A stretch of 64,000 nt of DNA from an uncultured Rikenellaceae bacterium (lineage in GTDB: Bacteria > Bacteroidota > Bacteroidia > Bacteroidales > VadinHA17). The translations under genes were made by a program, and so were the position numbers. Positions 47,047-56,561 of this stretch are shown piece by piece (within the stretch, counting starts at the first letter, position 1; every line of letters starts with the position of its first letter). The DNA lies in assembly GCA_963802145.1 (NCBI GenBank), contig CAWDHN010000005.1, positions 188,023 through 252,022 on the forward strand. The letters run 5' to 3'. Below the pieces are notes generated by a model, which saw only the letters and a program-made list of their open reading frames with translations, was not told where the DNA came from and made no database searches.

Positions 47047-47146
47047 GAAAGTCGAAAGTCTGTAAAGTCTCGAAAATTTGCGATTTGCGATTTGCGATTT
47101 GCGAATTTGGATAAAATCGAAAATCGAAAATCTGAAATCTGAAATT
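47047..47146. repeat. Heptamer arrays with an inverted arrangement
   Basis: GAAAGTC-like units are followed by TTTGCGA x4, a short loop, then AAATCGA/AAATCTG x4. Confidence 0.8.
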
Positions 47147-47149
47147 CTT

Positions 47150-47845
47150 CTATTGCCTCTTAGCAGATCCTGCAGCCAACGCGAGAATGACCCCAAGCAC
47201 GGTGCTGTAAAGTGCCGCTACCAGTATCCTGAACTCCTCCGGCAGCAGGAAATTGATTGTCTGTGCCGGAATCCAGAAGATGGGGATGCTCTTTTTCAGT
47301 ACGATACCCCACATGCTGTTCCAGTCGATCGATGCCAGGAGCCTTGTCACATCGGGGACTGTCATCAGTTTACGCCGGTCGCCTGCTGCCGCAGCAATAT
47401 GAAGATCGCTCACCCTGTGTGTCACCATCAGTAAGGGAGCGTAAAAGATATTGAGGAAGGCGCTTATGGCAAAGGCCAGCAATACCCTGGCGCCGGTCAC
47501 CGGGCCGGCCATTACCGCTGCCGGACTCTCCATGCCAAAGTGGGAAGCTATCAGGGGCACGCCGCCGCCGAAGATCATAAAGGCAGCCTTGACGGTCATC
47601 CCGAGGAATCCCCATATGACAGCGCGGTACAACAGTGCAAAGCCTTTCGGCAGGTAGACGCCTGTCCTGATCCTGCTGCCGAGCATCTCTCCCATTGTTG
47701 CCAGCAGTGCAAATTTGATGAAGCTGGCAGTGAAGGCCCAGTCAGTGCTGAACCAGAGAAAAAACTCATACAGCTTGTCAGACAGAAAAAACGGAACAAA
47801 TAATCCGACAAAAACAATTATGAAAACTATATCAGAACGATTCAT
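47150..47845 (-). CDS. Mpv17/PMP22-like membrane protein
   Basis: Polytopic. The C-terminal PIFWIPAQTINFLLPEEFRIL resembles the Mpv17/PMP22 'W.P.Q..NF...P...R' motif. Confidence 0.6.
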   Translation of the reverse strand: MNRSDIVFIIVFVGLFVPFFLSDKLYEFFLWFSTDWAFTASFIKFALLATMGEMLGSRIRTGVYLPKGFALLYRAVIWGFLGMTVKAAFMIFGGGVPLIASHFGMESPAAVMAGPVTGARVLLAFAISAFLNIFYAPLLMVTHRVSDLHIAAAAGDRRKLMTVPDVTRLLASIDWNSMWGIVLKKSIPIFWIPAQTINFLLPEEFRILVAALYSTVLGVILALAAGSAKRQ

Positions 47846-47848
47846 GGG

Positions 47849-47890
47849 GATTTGCGATTTGCGATTTGCGATTTGCGAATTTCGATTTTT
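47849..47890. repeat. Heptamer run directly before the start codon of the Mpv17-like gene
   Basis: The minus strand reads AAAAATCGAAATTCGC(AAATCGC)x3 AAATC-CCC-ATG. Confidence 0.8.
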
Positions 47891-47922
47891 GGCCGGGTAA
47901 GGTCTGGTTTTAATCCTTTTTT

Positions 47923-48104
47923 TACAATACTTAAAGGCCTACGGCCTATTTTTAAACTTTGCTCTACAATACTTAAAGGCCTACGGCCTATTTTCAGACT
48001 TTGCTCTACAATACATAAAGGCCTATTTTTGAACTCTGAGCTACAATACATAAAGGCCTATGGCCTATTCTTGAACTCTGCGCTACAATCCTTAAAGGTC
48101 TATT
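47923..48104. repeat. Tandem array of five units (spacing 42/42/35/42 bp)
   Basis: TACAATACNTAAAGGCCT(ACGGCCT)ATT... starts at 47923, 47965, 48007, 48042 and 48084. It abuts the acyl-CoA ligase stop codon. Confidence 0.9.
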
Positions 48105-50184
48105 AATGAATGCCTACTGAAGGCTGGAGACTGGAGACTCTTATCCTTGCATCTACCGCAACTATCTTATCCGGCGTTCCCAGCAGAGGATTAATATCCA
48201 TCTCGACTATCTCAGGTGCTGTTTCGAGCAGCGCTGACAGTGAGGTGATCACCCTGGCAAATGCTTCCTCGCTGACTCCTGCGGCTCCGCGGATGCCCTT
48301 TATGATCTTATACGATTTCAATGACCCTATCATTGACCTGGCCTCCTGGTCAGAGACAGGCACCAGTGCCGTGGCGACATCCCTGAAGACCTCGATGAAG
48401 ATGCCACCCATGCCTGCCATGACAAGGTGACCGAACCTCCCCTCCCGCTTAGCGCCGCAGAAGAGCTCCATACCACTGATCATCTTCTGCACCAGCACTG
48501 CGGTTACACCCGGCAGCTTCATCATCCTTCCGTACTCTGCACTGACCTCTGCTGCGCTGTTAACGTTCAGCGTCACACCGCCGATGTCTGATTTATGTAC
48601 CGGCCCCACGACCTTCATCACCACCGGGTATCCCATCTTTTCCGCCGCCTTCACGGCTTCTTCGGATGAAATGGCAACACTCTCGGGAACAGTGGGGATA
48701 CCTGCAGCATCAAGCAGGATGTTCACTTTTTCGGGAGCAAGGTATCCCTCCCCGGCATTGTCAATCACGGCCCTTATGACTTTAGTGCCGGTACTGGCAA
48801 TAAAGGCATCCGTATCTGACGGTGGCGGTGTTGCATTCACCCTGCAGAGAGCCCTGCCGAAAAGTACCTCGTCGGTGAATATCGCATTCCCGTGGGCAAT
48901 GAAGTCTGCTATCTCCCTCTTGACATTTATGACGGAAGGCAGTATCGGGTATATCGGTTTCCGGCAACTGCGTATCTTGTCATGCAACAGGCTGTAGACG
49001 TCATCCACCGGAAAGAGTCCGGGACTGCCGAATATGACTGCCATGGCATCAATCTCATCAAAGTCATTCTCGCATGCATCGAGGATAAAACCGAGCTGTT
49101 CAGCGGTGCCGGTAGCCAGGAAGTCGATCGGGTTCGCCACCGAGGAACCCGGGAAGAGTTTCTCCAGAAGGCTGTCAGCTGACTTTCCTGAGAGACGCGG
49201 TATCTCCATGCCTCCCTCGCTGAGGGCATCAGTAAGCATCACCGCCGGTCCGCCGGCATGCGTGACAATCGCTATTCTTTTTCCGCTCAGCTGTCTATAG
49301 GTAAAGAGTGCGGCCACATATGCGAGCTCTGTGCGGTTGTGGCATCTGACTATCCCTGCCTTCCGGAACAGCGCCTCAACGGCTGTGTCAGGCGATGCCA
49401 TCGCACCAGTATGCGATGAGGCTGCACGCGAGCCTGCCTCGGAGGTGCCGGCCTTGATGGCGGCAATGCGGCACCCTTTTCTGATGAGTGAAGCAGAGTG
49501 CTTCAGGAATCTGGCAGGATCTGCAATATTCTCAATGTACAATAACTTAATTTTCGAACTCGTTTCGCGATCGTAGGTTTGATCGAAATGTTCCAGCACA
49601 TCCTCAACACCGATCTGGGCACTGTTTCCCACCGACCATACGCTTGAGAAGGGCAGGCCGCTGGTGATGGCAGCTTCGAGAATAAATACGGCAGTCGCAC
49701 CGGATCCTGAGATGAAGTCTATGCCCCCGGCTGACAGTCTTGGTATCGGGGATGTAAAAACCCCGTGATAGTTATTGTTAAGAAAACCAATGCAGTTTGG
49801 ACCGATGAGCGAACCTCCCGTCTGCCTGACGGTCTCGACTATCGACCTCTCGAGAGCGGCGCCCTGCTCATCTTCCTCGCTGAAGCCGGCTGAGAGTATA
49901 ATGAAGCCCCCTGTCTTCTTTTCATACGCCAGGGTTTTCACTATGGCCGGGCAGTGACGCGCTGCCACAGCAAGTATTGCCATGTCTGTCTCCGGTAGCA
50001 GTGACACATCTGCAAAGGTCGGAATACCCTGTACTACAGATGCTTTGGGATTGACGACATAAATCTCTCCACTGAAGCCACCGGACAGAAGGTTCAGGAG
50101 GACCTTCCCTCCGGCTTTGGTGATGTCATCGGAGCCGCCAATTACAGCAATATTTTTGGGATTCAATAACTTAGCACTGATCAT
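48103..50184 (-). CDS. ADP-forming acetate/acyl-CoA ligase (fused alpha/beta subunits)
   Basis: CoA-binding N-terminus (IAVIGGS), IGPNCIG, SVGNSA, phospho-His SHTGA, NPIDFL, and an ATP-grasp domain with GYPVVMK..HKSD.GGV and EMDINP. Confidence 0.92.
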   Translation of the reverse strand: MISAKLLNPKNIAVIGGSDDITKAGGKVLLNLLSGGFSGEIYVVNPKASVVQGIPTFADVSLLPETDMAILAVAARHCPAIVKTLAYEKKTGGFIILSAGFSEEDEQGAALERSIVETVRQTGGSLIGPNCIGFLNNNYHGVFTSPIPRLSAGGIDFISGSGATAVFILEAAITSGLPFSSVWSVGNSAQIGVEDVLEHFDQTYDRETSSKIKLLYIENIADPARFLKHSASLIRKGCRIAAIKAGTSEAGSRAASSHTGAMASPDTAVEALFRKAGIVRCHNRTELAYVAALFTYRQLSGKRIAIVTHAGGPAVMLTDALSEGGMEIPRLSGKSADSLLEKLFPGSSVANPIDFLATGTAEQLGFILDACENDFDEIDAMAVIFGSPGLFPVDDVYSLLHDKIRSCRKPIYPILPSVINVKREIADFIAHGNAIFTDEVLFGRALCRVNATPPPSDTDAFIASTGTKVIRAVIDNAGEGYLAPEKVNILLDAAGIPTVPESVAISSEEAVKAAEKMGYPVVMKVVGPVHKSDIGGVTLNVNSAAEVSAEYGRMMKLPGVTAVLVQKMISGMELFCGAKREGRFGHLVMAGMGGIFIEVFRDVATALVPVSDQEARSMIGSLKSYKIIKGIRGAAGVSEEAFARVITSLSALLETAPEIVEMDINPLLGTPDKIVAVDARIRVSSLQPSVGIH

Positions 50185-50278
50185 AATCCGGAGTTGAGTT
50201 CTTCTCGAAAGTTAGAAACATTTTGAAATATAACAAATGATTGTAACCGTATCGCAGATTGCAGGTTATCATGATAAG

Positions 50279-50539
50279 AGTCGGCAGCCGGCACAATCAG
50301 TCGCCAGTCGGCAATCGGCACAATCAGTCGCCAGTCGGCAATCGGCAGCCAAAATCAGTCCAAAGTCGGCAATCGGCAGCCGGCAGTCGGCAATCGGCAG
50401 TCAAAATCAGTCCACAGTCGGCAGTCCACAGTCGGCAGTCAAAATCAGTCCACAGTCGGCAGTCCACAGCGGCAGTCTTAACTAATTGATTTATTGATGC
50501 TTGGAAACTGAAGACTGAAGACTGAGGACTAAAGACTGA
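50279..50539. repeat. Mosaic of heptamer-like units in the divergent promoter region
   Basis: GTCGGCA/ATCGGCA/GTCCACA/AAAATCA units at 50279-50477, then ACTGAAG-type x4-5 at 50507-50539. Confidence 0.85.
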
Positions 50540-50557
50540 TAATATGTTGCATAATAT

Positions 50558-50565
50558 TATCTTTG
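50558..50565 (+). promoter_or_regulatory. Bacteroidota -7 element (TATCTTTG) for the C69 peptidase
   Basis: Exact match; a second match (TATTTTTG) lies at 50591-50598. Confidence 0.5.
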
Positions 50566-50616
50566 GTGACCTGAATTCAGCCCATCGGGTTATTTTTGCT
50601 ACCAAACAACTAAAGT

Positions 50617-52245
50617 ATGACAAGTAATACCAGAATCTCAGCTGCAAGAGCAGGACTCATTCTCCTCATGGCAATATTCCCGCTGCTTGCCGGCGGACAG
50701 ACTACAAGAGATATTGATCCCGACGGCCCGGGGTATGCAGAAAACTGTACAAGCATCATGGTTGGCAGGCTGGCCTCCACCGACGGGTCGGTGATGACCT
50801 CGCATACATGTGACGGAAGATACCGCACCTGGCTTGAGGTTGTTCCCGCCATGAAGTTCGCAAGAGATACTGTACATCATGTCTACTGGGGCACCTTGCA
50901 GACCGAGGCCGCCTGGGATATGACCAACGTGACGCACAAGGGTGAGATCCCGGAAGTCAAATCAACATATGCCTTTCTCAGCACCGCCTATCCCTGCCTT
51001 AATGAAAAGCAGCTGGCAATTGGCGAGACAACCATCTACGGGCGCAGGGAACTGATCAATACAGACGGCCTTTTTCTCATCGAGGAGCTTGAAAAGATCG
51101 CCCTGCAGAGATGCACCACGGCACGGCAGGCAATTGCCCTGATAGGATCGCTGGCTGAGCAGTACGGTTACGGCGACATGGCAGAGTGCATCACCATAGC
51201 AGACCCTAAAGAGGTCTGGCAGCTAGAGATAGCCGGATCGGGACCGGGCAAACCATCGTCACTGTGGGTCGCCCAGAGGATTCCCGATGACCATGTGGGC
51301 ATCGCCGCCAACATACCGAGAATCTCCGACGTGAAGTTCAATGACCCTGACCAATTCATGACCTCAGGGGACCTGCGCAAGAAGGCAAAGGATCTGGGCT
51401 ACTGGGACGGTAAGGAACCCTTCAAATTCTATAAAGTAATCGGCACAGGAAAGCCCTACGCAATCAGGGAGTTCTACGTACTGAATAAACTGGCACCGGG
51501 ACTGAACCTGACGATGGAGATGGAGGAGCTGCCCTTCTCTGTAAAACCAGACAGTAAACTATCAGTAAGCGATGTGATGGCTCTCTTCCGTGAGACCTAC
51601 GAGGGCACCCCATGGGACATGACGAAGAACCTGATGATCACTGTAAAGAAAAAGGATGAAGCCGGCAACGAGATAACTGAGACGGTGAAGTCGCCTGCCT
51701 TCAATAACTGGATGAACAACGACATCCGCACCCTGGTCAATGAGCTGAAACCAGGCACCATTGAGAGGCAGAGGACCATCGCCATTGCAGGGTGCTCCTA
51801 CTCGCATGTCATACAGTGCCGCGAATGGCTCCCCGATGAGGTGGGAGCCGTGGCATGGTTCTCGTTTGACAACCCGGGCCAGAGTCCTCGGATTCCAATA
51901 TTCTCGGGCACCATGTCTCTTCCCGAGAGTTTCAGGATATGCGGGCAGCACCGTTACCGCGAGGATGCAGCCATATGGTCATTTCGCGAGGCCAACAGGC
52001 TCTCAACGGTGAACTGGGAACGCGGCCGCAAGCTCATCGAGCCGGCCGTGGCAGAGATGGAACAGAAAGCGTTGAGCGAGATGCCTGCACTGGAAGAGAA
52101 AGTTAAATCTCTTGTGAAGGAAGGTAAAAATGAAGAGGCCAGGAAAGTTGTAACGGAATATACCAACTCCTTCGCCTTTGCCTCCATGACCCGCTGGCAG
52201 GAGATGAAAAGGACCCTCTGGCAGATGTTCGGAAGGGGGTTCTGA
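50617..52245 (+). CDS. C69-family dipeptidase (Ntn-hydrolase)
   Basis: Signal/pro-peptide followed by the nucleophile CTSIMVG..A..DGS. Also LNEKQLAIGETT, W.A.RIPDD and AN..RI. Confidence 0.88.
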   Translation: MTSNTRISAARAGLILLMAIFPLLAGGQTTRDIDPDGPGYAENCTSIMVGRLASTDGSVMTSHTCDGRYRTWLEVVPAMKFARDTVHHVYWGTLQTEAAWDMTNVTHKGEIPEVKSTYAFLSTAYPCLNEKQLAIGETTIYGRRELINTDGLFLIEELEKIALQRCTTARQAIALIGSLAEQYGYGDMAECITIADPKEVWQLEIAGSGPGKPSSLWVAQRIPDDHVGIAANIPRISDVKFNDPDQFMTSGDLRKKAKDLGYWDGKEPFKFYKVIGTGKPYAIREFYVLNKLAPGLNLTMEMEELPFSVKPDSKLSVSDVMALFRETYEGTPWDMTKNLMITVKKKDEAGNEITETVKSPAFNNWMNNDIRTLVNELKPGTIERQRTIAIAGCSYSHVIQCREWLPDEVGAVAWFSFDNPGQSPRIPIFSGTMSLPESFRICGQHRYREDAAIWSFREANRLSTVNWERGRKLIEPAVAEMEQKALSEMPALEEKVKSLVKEGKNEEARKVVTEYTNSFAFASMTRWQEMKRTLWQMFGRGF

Positions 52246-52313
52246 AAAAAAATCAGTCAGGGCATGAACAATCCGGCTAAAAGTATGTTATTGTTGCAAG
52301 GTTAATTGTTGTC

Positions 52314-53402
52314 ATGGCTTCAGGACTTTCGGTAATACTCGACAAAAACAATTACGACAGGTCAGACATTCTGGCCTTGCTGCAGTGCGGTGAGGAAGAT
52401 GCACCTCAGCTCTATCGCAGGGCTGCTGCCGTAAGAGACATGCACATTGGAAACAATGTCTATCTCAGGGGGCTCATAGAATACTCGAACATATGCGGCA
52501 AGAACTGTCTCTACTGCGGCATAAGGCGTGAAAATCACCACATCGACCGATACACAATGACCAACGACGAGGTCATTGAGGCAGCCATGACAGCCTACAG
52601 GCTCAACTACGGATCAATAGCCATCCAGTCGGGCGAAAACCAGTCGAAGGCATTTGTTGACAACATCGAGGAACTTGTACGGACCATCAGGCAACTGACC
52701 GGAGGGAGACTGGGAATAACCCTTTCCCTCGGGGAGCAGTCCCGGGAGACCTACCAGCGGTGGTACGATGCAGGTGCTCACCGGTACCTTCTGCGTGTTG
52801 AGGCTGCGAGCGAGGCCCTCTACCGCAAGGTGCACCCTGATGACGACATGCACAGGTACAACAGGCGAATAGAGTGTCTCAGGACAATACAGGAGACAGG
52901 TTACCAGACGGGTTCAGGGGTTATGGTAGGGTTGCCATACCAGACTATGAGCCACCTTGCAGATGATATTATTTTCATGCGCGATTTTGACATTGACATG
53001 TGCGGCATGGGGCCCTTTATTGAACACTCTGACACCCCGCTGGGCGCAAGGGGAACTGACAACCTCTTCATCAAGGAACGCTTTAATCTGACTCTCAGGA
53101 TGATCGCCATTATCAGGATCATCATGAAGGATATCAACATCGTCGCCTCCACTGCCATGCAGACCATTGACCCTTCCGGCCGCGAGAAGGCAATTGCCTG
53201 CGGGGCAAATGTGGTGATGCCCAACCTCACCCCGGCGCGTTACAGGCCAGGCTATCAGATCTATGAGGGCAAGCCCGGCTTCAGTGAAATAAATGAAACC
53301 AACATCAGTGGCCTTAACTTTAGCCTCATCCCGGGAATAACCCTCGGCCTTGGAATATGGGGCGATACTCCCCACTTCAACAGAAGGCAGGCCAGGCAGT
53401 GA
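52314..53402 (+). CDS. hydE: [FeFe]-hydrogenase maturase HydE (radical SAM)
   Basis: RGLIEYSN.C.KNC.YCGIR (CX3CX2C), MVGLPYQT, GMGPFIEH.DTP, GANVVMPN and Y.IYEGK. Confidence 0.9.
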   Translation: MASGLSVILDKNNYDRSDILALLQCGEEDAPQLYRRAAAVRDMHIGNNVYLRGLIEYSNICGKNCLYCGIRRENHHIDRYTMTNDEVIEAAMTAYRLNYGSIAIQSGENQSKAFVDNIEELVRTIRQLTGGRLGITLSLGEQSRETYQRWYDAGAHRYLLRVEAASEALYRKVHPDDDMHRYNRRIECLRTIQETGYQTGSGVMVGLPYQTMSHLADDIIFMRDFDIDMCGMGPFIEHSDTPLGARGTDNLFIKERFNLTLRMIAIIRIIMKDINIVASTAMQTIDPSGREKAIACGANVVMPNLTPARYRPGYQIYEGKPGFSEINETNISGLNFSLIPGITLGLGIWGDTPHFNRRQARQ

Positions 53403-53482
53403 ATATGTTGCAGAACTAATCTGCGTTGTAACAACCGATCTCATTTTTTCCGAAATTGCCGGACAATCTCAAACCTGACCTG

Positions 53483-56054
53483 ATGAAAAAGATACTCCTT
53501 TCATCTCTGATGCTGCTTGTATCACTGATGATGAATGCCCAGACCGGATTAAGCTATTACCTGCCGGCAAATGCGGATTACAACAATGATGTGCCCGCTC
53601 CTTCATCATTTATAGGGCATGAAGTGGGCGAGTGGCACGTGACCCATGACAAGCTGGTTGGGTATATGAAACTTCTTGATGCCATATCGGGAAGGGCACT
53701 CTGGGAAGAATATGGTAAGAGCTGGGAAGGCAGACCCCTGGGGCAGCTGATTGTCACATCGGAGGAGAATATGGGCAGGCTTGAGGAGATACGCCTTGAG
53801 CACCTCAGGCTCTCTGACCCTGCAGTCTCAAAATCGGTTACGACAGACAATATGCCCGTCATCATCAAGCTGGGATACGGGGTGCACGGCAATGAGTCCA
53901 GCGCACAGAACGCTTCCCTGCTCACTGCCTATTATCTTGTCGCCGGAGAAGGCGCTGAGATTGACAAAATATTGGCCAACGCAGTTATCCTGATTGACCC
54001 GGCACTGAATCCTGACGGCCTGCAGCGTCACTCGACGTGGGTCAATATGTACCGTGGCACGACCCTCACCACCGATCCGGCCGGCAGGGAGTTCAATGAG
54101 GCGTGGCCAGGCGGCAGGACAAATCACTACTGGTTTGACCTGAACCGCGATTACCTCATGCTGCAACAACCTGAGTCGGTGGGCCGTGTCCAGGCCTTCT
54201 TCCGCTGGATGCCCAACATTAACAACGATCACCACGAGATGGGCGCCAACTCTACCTTCTTCTTTCAGCCAGGCGTACAGTCGAGAAACAATCCCGTCGT
54301 TCCGCCGGAAAACCAGAAGTTAACGGCTGAGATCGGAAAATACCATGCAAGTCATCTTGACTCCATCGGAAGCCTTTACTATACTGAAGAGAGCTTTGAT
54401 GACTATTACCTCGGCAAGGGATCATCCTATCCCGATGTCCATGGCTCTGTCGGCATCCTCTATGAGCAGGCCGGAGTGAAAGGACATCTGCGTGATGTCC
54501 CCGGAGGAGTGCTCTCATTTCCATTCGCCATACGAAACCAGTTCACGGTGACCCTTTCTACAATCGAGGCCGGTATTGCGATGAGAACCAAGCTCCTGAA
54601 CATGCAGCGCGACTTCTATCTCTCGGCAATAAAAGAGGCGGAGGCCTTCCCGGTGAAAGGCTACATCTTCAATGCAGGGGATGACAGGAGTGCCGCCGGC
54701 AAGTTCATCGAGAACCTTCTGAGGCACAGGATTGAGGTTTACAGGTGCGGAAAGAACATAACCAAAAGCGGGGTAAGCTACACCACTGCCGACAGCTGGT
54801 TCGTCCCGATGAACCAAAAGGAGTTCCGGTTTGTCAGAAGCCTCTTTGAACCTGTCTTCACTTTTGCAGACACGGTCTTTTATGACATATCCACCTGGGT
54901 CATGCCCATGGCCTTCAACCTGAGCTATACTGCACTTAACGGCGGTGAGGCTACCGGAATGACCGGAGAGAGAGTGACTGAGGCGCCCATGCCGGAGGGA
55001 CGGATGGCAGGTGTTGAAAATCCTTATGCATGGCTCTTCGAATGGACCGACTCCTATTCACCGAAGGCACTCTATAAGATACAGCAGGCCGGAATTACGG
55101 CCCGGGTTTCGGCCAGACCATTCACTGCCACAACGGAAGGGAAAGAGAAGAAGTTCGGTTACGGTACTATAATGGTCCATTCAGGTGAGAATCTCCTTTC
55201 ATCTGAGGAGATGAAGGCCTTTATGGCCAATGTGGCAAAAGAGTGCGGCATAACCGTCTACGGTGTCTCCACCGGCCTCACTCCTTCAGGCATTGACCTG
55301 GGCAGCAATGATTTCGTTGTCCTCTCGAAGCCTTCGGTGCTGCTTCTGACAGATGAGGGCATCCCCAGCGATGATGCCGGCGAGATCTGGCAACTCCTGG
55401 ATGTGCGTTACGGCATGCAGGTCACCCTGATGCCTGCCTCAAGGATGTCGTCGGCCGCCCTGGCGAAGTATAATGTGATAATCATCGCAGGAAATCCTTC
55501 CATGCCTCAGGCAACCGTTGACCGGATCAGGGAGTGGAACCGTGGCGGAGGCACCATCCTGGCCTATAAGGGTGGCAACAGGTGGGTAGCCGGTAACGGT
55601 TTCGCCGACATAAGTTATATAGATAATGCAGCGGTTCCGGCCACTGTGGAGCGCAGTTATGCCAACAGGTCTGCAGACAGGGCCCTGCATACGATCCCGG
55701 GCTCTATATTCAGGACAAAACTGGACCTGACGCACCCTCTCTGTTACGGATACACAACAGAGTATCTGCCGGTGTTCAAGAGCGAGTCCACGGCAGTGAA
55801 GATGACCGGCAACACCTGGAACAACCCGGTAAGATATACCTCCGATCCGCTGACTGAGCGGATTTTCCTCAAAGGAAAACACTGAGAGGATAAGCAACAG
55901 TGTCTTTGCCTGCGTGCACCAGGGGTCAGGCAGGGTGATATCGATATATGACGACACCAACTTCCGGGCTATATGGTTCGGTACGCAAAGGATATTTGCC
56001 AACGCTGTTTTCTTCGGGCAGACGCTCAGGCAGGGAAGCAGATACGACCAATAG
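53483..56054 (+). pseudogene. Secreted M14 zinc carboxypeptidase with a C-terminal GATase-like domain; +1 frameshift at about 55853 truncates the last ~65 aa (possibly a sequencing error)
   Basis: VHGNES, DLNRD and NNDHHEMG. After ...SDPL the shifted frame continues LSGFSSKEN...GSGRVISIYDDTNFRAIWFGTQRIFANAVFF to a TAG at 56052-56054. Confidence 0.82.
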
Positions 56055-56550
56055 CTATATCCTCGATCTCACGCAGGGCTTTCTCAAGGGAGACAAACTG
56101 TGTCCTGTCGCCTGCCAGCTCAAGAAGTATCAGTCCGGCGGGCTCGCCGAAATATACTTCATTCACACCCAGCCTGGTCCTGATGACACATCCGAAAGTG
56201 GTAAGCAGCTTCTGAACCTGTATCCCAAGGTCGTCACGCCGTGGCACAAGGGCGCCGAGCAACGTGATGCCGTCACATTCCACCGGCGCATCAGAGGGGC
56301 CGTGAGAGAAGGCCATCTCATCCACGGAGATGCCCTCCATCTTTTGCAGTTTTGCAGCCAGCTCTTCACAGTCGTCAGCGAGGCCTGCAAGGTGTATGAC
56401 CATATACCCTTCGCGGCTGCACCGCTCTTCGCTCAGCTCGTGAAAACCAAGGCGTGTGCTGATGACGCCGGCGTGATCAGACAGGGCTTTCTGAACCAGC
56501 CCTGCCTCCTTGATCCTGTCGGTGATCTTGATTCCGATTATCCTGACCAT
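56026..56550 (-). CDS. TM1266-family iron-only hydrogenase system putative regulator, tandem duplicated domain
   Basis: Two repeats: IIGIKITDR..A..VQ..LS.....I.TRLGFHE and LLGALVPRR......VQKLLT.FGCVIRTRLG.NE. The gene lies downstream of hydG. Confidence 0.8.
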   Translation of the reverse strand: MVRIIGIKITDRIKEAGLVQKALSDHAGVISTRLGFHELSEERCSREGYMVIHLAGLADDCEELAAKLQKMEGISVDEMAFSHGPSDAPVECDGITLLGALVPRRDDLGIQVQKLLTTFGCVIRTRLGVNEVYFGEPAGLILLELAGDRTQFVSLEKALREIEDIAIGRICFPA

Positions 56551-56561
56551 AGTACAATTAT

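Noticed and set aside
47842-48106. Repetitive-peptide ORFs (IVEQSLKIGRRPLS; MRFAICDLR)
   Set aside because: These are translations of the 42-bp and heptamer DNA repeats. The DNA-level hairpin covariation suggests the constraint is on nucleic acid, not protein.
50237-50647. Low-complexity ORFs (SRQSA.., ADCRL..)
   Set aside because: They are by-products of the heptamer mosaic in an intergenic promoter region.
55883-55885. TGA ending the M14 ORF as possible selenocysteine or readthrough
   Set aside because: The missing C-terminus is in a different frame, so a +1 frameshift explains it better than stop recoding.
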